From Eubacteriales bacterium (GTDB lineage Bacteria; Bacillota; Clostridia; Lachnospirales; JAVBJQ01), in assembly GCA_031546905.1 (NCBI GenBank), contig JAVBJQ010000006.1, positions 3,632-67,631 on the forward strand: a DNA stretch of 64,000 nucleotides, given 5' to 3'. Shown in pieces: positions 58,138-64,000 of this stretch. Numbering within the stretch: position 1 is the first letter of the stretch; each line of letters starts with the position of its first letter. Under the pieces are notes generated by a model, which saw nothing but the letters and a program-made list of their open reading frames with translations, made no database searches and was not told the DNA's origin. The translations under genes and the position numbers were made by a program.

Positions 58138-59997
58138 TTATTTTGCTAACCAAATGAGTAAAACAGAAATATCCGCTGGTGAAACCCCTGCAATACGAGA
58201 AGCGTGTCCAATGGAGTAAGGCCTCATGGCAGAAAGTTTTTGCTTTGCCTCAATTCTTAAACCGCCAATTTCATTGTAGTCTATTGTTTCTGGAATCATT
58301 TTTGTTTCTAACTTTTTAAACTGTTCTACTTGTTGTAATTGACGTTTAATGTACCCAGCATATTTGATGGAAATATTTACTTGCTCCTGTACATAAATTG
58401 GTAATGATGGGCGTTCTTTGTCTATTTCTGAAACACCAAAATAATCTAGTTCAGGGCGTTTGATTAATTCACTTAAAACAGCCCCAGTGGTAATAGGAGT
58501 ACTTTCAAATTTGCCTAAACAAGCTAGCACTTCTACAGATGGAGGAACCACTACTTTTTCAACTCGCTGAATTTCTTCTTGTACCAATTGTTTTTTGGCT
58601 AAAAATTTCTCAAAACGTGTTTGAGAAATTAATCCAACTCGAAACCCTTTTTCTGTTAACCGCAAATCTGCATTGTCTTGTCTTAAAAGTAACCGGTACT
58701 CCGCACGAGATGTCATCATTCGATAAGGCTCTTTACTCCCCTTTGTAACTAAGTCATCAATTAATACACCAATATAAGCATCGGACCTGTCTAAAATAAG
58801 AGGCTCTTCCCCTTTTACAAATAGACCAGCATTAATACCTGCTACAATTCCTTGTGCCGCCGCTTCTTCATAACCTGAACTTCCATTAAACTGCCCAGCA
58901 CTAAATAATCCACTAATATTTTTAAACTCTAACGTTAGTTTCAACTGCGTTGCATCAATACAATCATACTCAATGGCATACGCATTTCGCATAATAACAC
59001 ATTTTTCAAGTCCTGGTACCGATTGATACATCTTGATTTGTACATCTTCTGGTAGTGAGGTAGACATTCCTTGTACATACATTTCGTTTGTATCTTCACC
59101 TTCTGGTTCAATAAAAACTTGGTGACGCTCTTTGTCAGCAAACCGAACAATTTTATCTTCAATGGAAGGGCAGTAACGAGTCCCTGTTCCTTCAATGACA
59201 CCAGAATACATAGGAGAGCGGTGAATATTATCTCGAATAATTTGGTGTGTATTTTCATTTGTATAGGTTAAGAAGCAAGGAATTTGTTCACGACTAATAT
59301 CATGATCTTCATTGGTAAAAGAAAATGGTACAATATTTTCGTCCCCATGTTGTACTTCCATTTTAGAAAAATCAACAGAACGTTTGTCAATTCTGGCTGG
59401 TGTACCAGTTTTAAACCTAAACAGGTTGACTCCCAGTTGTTTTAAACAGTCACTTAATTCCTCTGATGCTTTTAACCCATTAGGACCAGAGTACACAATC
59501 GTTTCTCCATAAAGACACCTTGATTGTAAGTACGTTCCTGTACACAACACCACCGCCTTTGTAGTATAAAATGTTCCCGAACTTGTCATAACACCTTTTA
59601 CTACATTTTCTTCTACTACAATTTTGGTAACTTCCCCTTGTCTCAAGGTTAAATTTTCTGTATTTTCAATAACAGATTTCATTTCCTTGGCATATTGGTG
59701 TTTATCCGCTTGGGCACGAAGAGAATACACAGCTGGGCCTTTTCCTGTATTCAACATTTTTGTTTGAATGTAGGTTTTGTCAATGTTAACGCCCATTTCA
59801 CCGCCCAACGCATCAATTTCTTTTACCAAATGCCCCTTAGAACTTCCCCCGATGCTAGGATTACAAGGCATCATGGCCACACTATCCAAATTAATAGCAA
59901 ACATAATGGTAGAAAGACCCATTCTAGCGGAAGCCAGTGCGGCTTCACATCCAGCGTGTCCCCCACCAATTACACATACGTCATACGCAATCATCAC
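58138..59997 (-). CDS. mnmG: tRNA uridine-5-carboxymethylaminomethyl modification enzyme
   Basis: [40 protein letters not shown]. Confidence 0.98.
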   Translation of the reverse strand: MMIAYDVCVIGGGHAGCEAALASARMGLSTIMFAINLDSVAMMPCNPSIGGSSKGHLVKEIDALGGEMGVNIDKTYIQTKMLNTGKGPAVYSLRAQADKHQYAKEMKSVIENTENLTLRQGEVTKIVVEENVVKGVMTSSGTFYTTKAVVLCTGTYLQSRCLYGETIVYSGPNGLKASEELSDCLKQLGVNLFRFKTGTPARIDKRSVDFSKMEVQHGDENIVPFSFTNEDHDISREQIPCFLTYTNENTHQIIRDNIHRSPMYSGVIEGTGTRYCPSIEDKIVRFADKERHQVFIEPEGEDTNEMYVQGMSTSLPEDVQIKMYQSVPGLEKCVIMRNAYAIEYDCIDATQLKLTLEFKNISGLFSAGQFNGSSGYEEAAAQGIVAGINAGLFVKGEEPLILDRSDAYIGVLIDDLVTKGSKEPYRMMTSRAEYRLLLRQDNADLRLTEKGFRVGLISQTRFEKFLAKKQLVQEEIQRVEKVVVPPSVEVLACLGKFESTPITTGAVLSELIKRPELDYFGVSEIDKERPSLPIYVQEQVNISIKYAGYIKRQLQQVEQFKKLETKMIPETIDYNEIGGLRIEAKQKLSAMRPYSIGHASRIAGVSPADISVLLIWLAK

Positions 59998-60004
59998 TTA
60001 AACC

Positions 60005-61402
60005 TCATTTCCCCAAACAAAAATCCGCAAAAATTTTATCAATTACATCTTCATCCATAGACTCTCCTATAATTTCACCTAAATGAGCATAGGCTTGTTG
60101 CAAATCTACCGAAATAAAATCTTCTGGCAGTCCAGCGTCAATGGTATTTAAAACAATTTTTAAACTACTTTGTGTATTCATCAGGCACGTTTTATGTCTT
60201 ACGTTGGAAATCATAACGTCATCATTTACATTTATATTTCCCGAAACAAAAAGTTCCTTTATGGTATGAAACAACTTGTCCATTCCCATTTGTGTTTTTG
60301 CTGAAATTTCAATCACACAATCTTCTGGCACAAAATCAAAAATTTTATGCTTTTGAACATTATTTTTATTTTCTAAATCTGATTTATTAAACAAAATAAT
60401 TACTTTTTTATTTTGAACAAATTCTAAAATCTCAATATCAAAAGGGGAAATTTCCACCGACGAATCCATGACAAACAAAACCAAGTCGGCTTTTTGTGCG
60501 TATTCCTTTGATTTTTCCACCCCAATTTTTTCAATATAATCTTCTGTTTCTCTGATGCCAGCTGTATCAACCATCACAACGGGAACCCCTAAAACATTTA
60601 CAGATTCTTCTAAAACATCTCTGGTGGTTCCTGCAATATCTGTCACAATAGCCCGCTCTTGTTTTAACATACAATTTAACAGAGAGGATTTGCCGACATT
60701 GGGACGGCCTAAAATTACAGCCTTCACCCCTTCTCTCAAAATAATACCAGTATCAGCACTATGAATCAATTGTTCAATATTTTCCAAAATACCATTGACG
60801 TCTTTTCTCACGGCAGACGATTCTAATTCTACAATATCGTGTTCCGGATAATCAATAGCTGCCTCAATATGTGCCACAATGGTAAGAATTTCATGTCGCA
60901 ATTTTTTAACCTTCTCCGAAATGTTACCCGAAAGAGAGGAAACCGCCGCTGTTCGATATGTTTCTGTTTTTGCATTGATAATATCAATTACCGCTTCCGC
61001 TTGTGACAAGTCAATTCGACCGTTTAAAAAAGCTCTTTTGGTAAATTCTCCGGCTTCAGCCAGTCTTGCTCCCATTTTAATACAAGTCATTAAAACAGCT
61101 TGGACGGATTTCATCCCTCCGTGGCAATTAATTTCTACCACATCTTCTTTGGTATACGTATTTGGTTTTTTCATCACTGTTAATAGCACTTCGTCTACTA
61201 TTATTTGACTGGTTGGGTCTATTATTTTTCCATAATTAACAGTATGACTTTTTATTTCTTCAAAACTTTTTCCTTTACTGCTTTTAAAAATTTTTTCCGC
61301 CACTGCAAACGCCGTATCACCGCTCATTCGGACAATTCCGATTCCGCCGTAGCCTGTTGGCGTTGATACGGCTACAATTGTATCAGACAAAAACGTTTTC
61401 AT
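60005..61402 (-). CDS. mnmE: tRNA modification GTPase
   Basis: GEFTKRAFLNGRIDL, GRPNVGKSS, GTTRD, DTAG, FCLGK. Confidence 0.98.
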   Translation of the reverse strand: MKTFLSDTIVAVSTPTGYGGIGIVRMSGDTAFAVAEKIFKSSKGKSFEEIKSHTVNYGKIIDPTSQIIVDEVLLTVMKKPNTYTKEDVVEINCHGGMKSVQAVLMTCIKMGARLAEAGEFTKRAFLNGRIDLSQAEAVIDIINAKTETYRTAAVSSLSGNISEKVKKLRHEILTIVAHIEAAIDYPEHDIVELESSAVRKDVNGILENIEQLIHSADTGIILREGVKAVILGRPNVGKSSLLNCMLKQERAIVTDIAGTTRDVLEESVNVLGVPVVMVDTAGIRETEDYIEKIGVEKSKEYAQKADLVLFVMDSSVEISPFDIEILEFVQNKKVIILFNKSDLENKNNVQKHKIFDFVPEDCVIEISAKTQMGMDKLFHTIKELFVSGNINVNDDVMISNVRHKTCLMNTQSSLKIVLNTIDAGLPEDFISVDLQQAYAHLGEIIGESMDEDVIDKIFADFCLGK

Positions 61403-61586
61403 TTACATACCTTCCCTTAAAAAAATAAACCACAATATTTTATATTGTGGTTCTGTAACGTTCCCTTGACCCTTTCCTTTGCAGGCATACTTTCCTGTGG
61501 TGGGTCCTATTTACAAAAACCACACTTGCGTGTGGTTTTTTCTATAAAAATAAATGTACCAATAACAAAATAATATGGCTAGTTCC

Positions 61587-62219
61587 TTACAAACTTCCCT
61601 TGTGGGTAATTACTACATAACGGAAAGGCTCTTCCCCTTCTGAGTAGGTAGAAATAAATTTATCATTTTGTAGGGCATAGTGAATAATTCTTCGTTCTGA
61701 AGCGCTCATAGGCTCAAGTACAACTTTTTTTCTGGTTTGTTTTGCTTTCTTCGCAAGATTGTGTGCCAGAGATTCTAATGTCTCTCTACGTCTCTTACGA
61801 TAATTTTCCGTATCAAGCACAACGCCAATAAATTGACTTTCACCTTTATTTTTATTTACAACAAGATTAAGAAGATATTGTAAAGAATTTAGGGTTTGTC
61901 CTCTTTTTCCAATGAGCATCCCCATTTCTTTACCGCTTAAGTCAATAAAAAGTTGTTTTTCTTTTAAGTTTGTATCAATTTGAACAACAATTTCCATTGC
62001 TGTAAAAACTTCACGCAAAAACTTTGTTGCTAAACTCACAGGATTGAATTTTTTCTTTACTAAAATACGGCAAGGCTTGCTACCTATACCAAAAAAACCT
62101 TTCGTACCGTGGTCTAAAACTTCATATTCAACTTCGTCTTTCGTAGCAGAAAGCGCAACTAAGGCATTTGCTAAAGCATCTTCGACGGTTTTACCGCTTT
62201 GTTCAATCTCGTCCATCAA
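61587..62219 (-). CDS. jag: Jag/KhpB/EloR RNA-binding protein
   Basis: GKTVEDA, KH LIGKRGQTL, R3H ERRIIH. Confidence 0.95.
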   Translation of the reverse strand: MMDEIEQSGKTVEDALANALVALSATKDEVEYEVLDHGTKGFFGIGSKPCRILVKKKFNPVSLATKFLREVFTAMEIVVQIDTNLKEKQLFIDLSGKEMGMLIGKRGQTLNSLQYLLNLVVNKNKGESQFIGVVLDTENYRKRRRETLESLAHNLAKKAKQTRKKVVLEPMSASERRIIHYALQNDKFISTYSEGEEPFRYVVITHKGSL

Positions 62220-63218
62220 TTAAGCGGCCTCCTTTTTCTTCATATTCTTATTTTTAAAATATTTAATTAATAAAACTTGTTGAAGAACTTGGAAAATATT
62301 ACTGATAATCCAATATAAACCCACACCTGATGGTAAATTAATTGCCATAAAACCCATCATAACAGGCATGGTAATATTCATAATCATTTGTTGCTTTTTC
62401 ATATTGGCATCCATGTTTGGATTTTGCTTACTAATAATAACAGAAGACGCATAGGTGGTAATCCCTGCAATAATTGGAATTAAAATACCAGGAAACATAT
62501 ATCCTGCTTTTTCAATTAGGTTGATTCCTAAAAAATATTCAATACTTCTGGTTTTTACAAGGGTGTCGTTAATAAAAGTAACAACATCTTGTGGCATAGA
62601 AGCTACCAATGTATTCCAATCTGTATGGGTAAATTTATTTAAAACAGCTGCTAAATCACTAGGTTTAGCAATGTCGATAGTCATTTTTCCTGGAACTTTT
62701 GGAATCGCAAGGGGTTTTATTACTGTTAGATAGCCAGGAGCACCAATAATTTTTGTCGCCATGCTGCCATAAAGTTCACCAATTTTATCAATATAAATAT
62801 AAGAACGTTGCATTACGCTGTAAAGTGCCATTAAAATAGGCAATTGAACAAAAAGCGGTAAGCAACCACCAAAAGGATTCACCTTATGTTTTCGATAAAG
62901 TTCTTGTGTTTCCATGGTAATTTTTTGTTGAATTTCGGGATCTTTATTATTTTTATATTTTTGTTTTATTTTTTCAATTTCAGGTTGGATTCGTTGCATC
63001 GAAGACATAGATTCTTGTTGTTTATAAGAAAGAGGAACAAGTACAAGCTTCACGAAAAAAGTAAAGATAATAATGGTGAATCCAAGGGCACCAGCAGAAC
63101 CAAGTGAGTAAACCATGTTAAAAATAAAATTAAAAATAACACCTAACACATCAGAAATAGGGCCAACGATCACACCAGGTTTCTGTTGAATTGTCATACT
63201 AAGTAAAGATGGGAACAC
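62220..63218 (-). CDS. yidC: Membrane protein insertase
   Basis: IQPEI..I..KY, NPFGGCLPLFVQLPI, GVGLYW..SN. Confidence 0.95.
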   Translation of the reverse strand: MFPSLLSMTIQQKPGVIVGPISDVLGVIFNFIFNMVYSLGSAGALGFTIIIFTFFVKLVLVPLSYKQQESMSSMQRIQPEIEKIKQKYKNNKDPEIQQKITMETQELYRKHKVNPFGGCLPLFVQLPILMALYSVMQRSYIYIDKIGELYGSMATKIIGAPGYLTVIKPLAIPKVPGKMTIDIAKPSDLAAVLNKFTHTDWNTLVASMPQDVVTFINDTLVKTRSIEYFLGINLIEKAGYMFPGILIPIIAGITTYASSVIISKQNPNMDANMKKQQMIMNITMPVMMGFMAINLPSGVGLYWIISNIFQVLQQVLLIKYFKNKNMKKKEAA

Positions 63219-63249
63219 TAAATTTCCTCCTAAAGTAATTTAATTAATT

Positions 63250-63462
63250 TCAAGGTACGGGGTCATAACCCCCGGGATGAAAGGGGTGGCATTTTAAAAT
63301 TCTTTTAACACCAAGAAAAACACCTTTAAACGCACCGTATTTTGAAACAGCAGTAAACATGTACTGAGAACAAGTAGGGTGAAACCTACAACAAGGGGGT
63401 TTAATGGGTGAAATAAATTTTCTATAAAAAGAAATTAAAATCAAAATAAATTTTTTAGTCAT
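63250..63462 (-). CDS. yidD: Membrane protein insertion efficiency factor
   Basis: [27 protein letters not shown]. Confidence 0.96.
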   Translation of the reverse strand: MTKKFILILISFYRKFISPIKPPCCRFHPTCSQYMFTAVSKYGAFKGVFLGVKRILKCHPFHPGGYDPVP

Positions 63463-63475
63463 CAAAAAGACCTTC

Positions 63476-63817
63476 TCAAATATCATTCAAAATATCGTGT
63501 CGCTTAGATAAGGAGTGTAATGACTTAGCAATTTCATTATAAGTTGCACCGTTAGCAGAAACCCTTGCAATCACAACAATATCTAAGCCTAGTTTGAAAT
63601 TTTTTTCAGACAAACGATAACTTTCTTTAATGAGTCGTGTAACTCTACTCCTCACAACACTATTGCCAACTTTTTTACTTACGGATATACCGAGCCTGTT
63701 CGTATCCTTACCATTTTTAAGAACATACATAACAAGATGTCTATTAGCTAAAGACTTTCCCCTATTATAAACAACTTTAAACTGAAAATTTTTTTTTAAT
63801 GACTCAGTACTAACCAC
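63476..63817 (-). CDS. rnpA: Ribonuclease P protein component
   Basis: [25 protein letters not shown]. Confidence 0.97.
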   Translation of the reverse strand: MVSTESLKKNFQFKVVYNRGKSLANRHLVMYVLKNGKDTNRLGISVSKKVGNSVVRSRVTRLIKESYRLSEKNFKLGLDIVVIARVSANGATYNEIAKSLHSLSKRHDILNDI

Positions 63818-63938
63818 AAAATCATTCCTTTTGTATTTATGTAATGAGTTCTAAAAAAGAATTTTTTTTAGAACTCAAAAAAATTGGCATTATAGAAAAG
63901 ACCACAAAAGAGTGGTCTTCTTAAAGGAGTATTTAAAA

Positions 63939-64000
63939 TTAAGCAGTTAAAACTTTTCTGCCTTTTCTTCTTCTTCTAAGCAAAACCTTTCTGCCATTAG
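63939..64000 (-). CDS. rpmH: 50S ribosomal protein L34 (3' part; gene starts outside the window)
   Basis: Minus strand reads NGRKVLLRRRRKGRKVLTA*; upstream of rnpA. Confidence 0.95.
   Translation of the reverse strand, partial: NGRKVLLRRRRKGRKVLTA

Noticed and set aside
1-64000. CRISPR arrays, rRNA, tRNA, prophage or integrase genes
   Set aside because: None recognised; intergenic gaps are short and lack repeat-spacer or cloverleaf patterns by eye

Overview
AT-rich chromosomal DNA from a low-GC Firmicute (Clostridia-like gene content), lying just downstream of rpmH and so probably next to oriC. The right end holds the conserved minus-strand cluster rpmH(partial)-rnpA-yidD-yidC-jag-mnmE-mnmG-[inserted ORF]-rsmG-noc. 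The usually adjacent parA-parB-DUF4446 genes and a parS site lie about 34.6 kb further left. Most of the rest is housekeeping or transport: flotillin/NfeD, feoAB, rex, ABC-F, a GGDEF protein, proS, argS, T-box-regulated ileS, Re-citrate synthase/icd, pit, menA and a heavy-metal module. There is no CRISPR array, rRNA or tRNA that I can see, and I found nothing I can call a proven new system. The best leads are: (i) a lone AAA ATPase with a nuclease-like tail, bracketed by inverted decayed IS3 ends; (ii) a DnaA-box cluster at ~30.2 kb, away from dnaA; (iii) a Q/G/F/P-rich prion-like domain fused to a ferritin-like domain; (iv) a probable ATT start codon for Re-citrate synthase; (v) a darTG pair beside a 61-bp hairpin; (vi) a split and reordered copper-type module preceded by four repeats spaced 11 bp apart; (vii) parS embedded in a 42-bp perfect palindrome. 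Single-base deletions near the 3' ends of parA and darT may be sequencing errors. All family calls come from motif recognition by eye; no database search was run.
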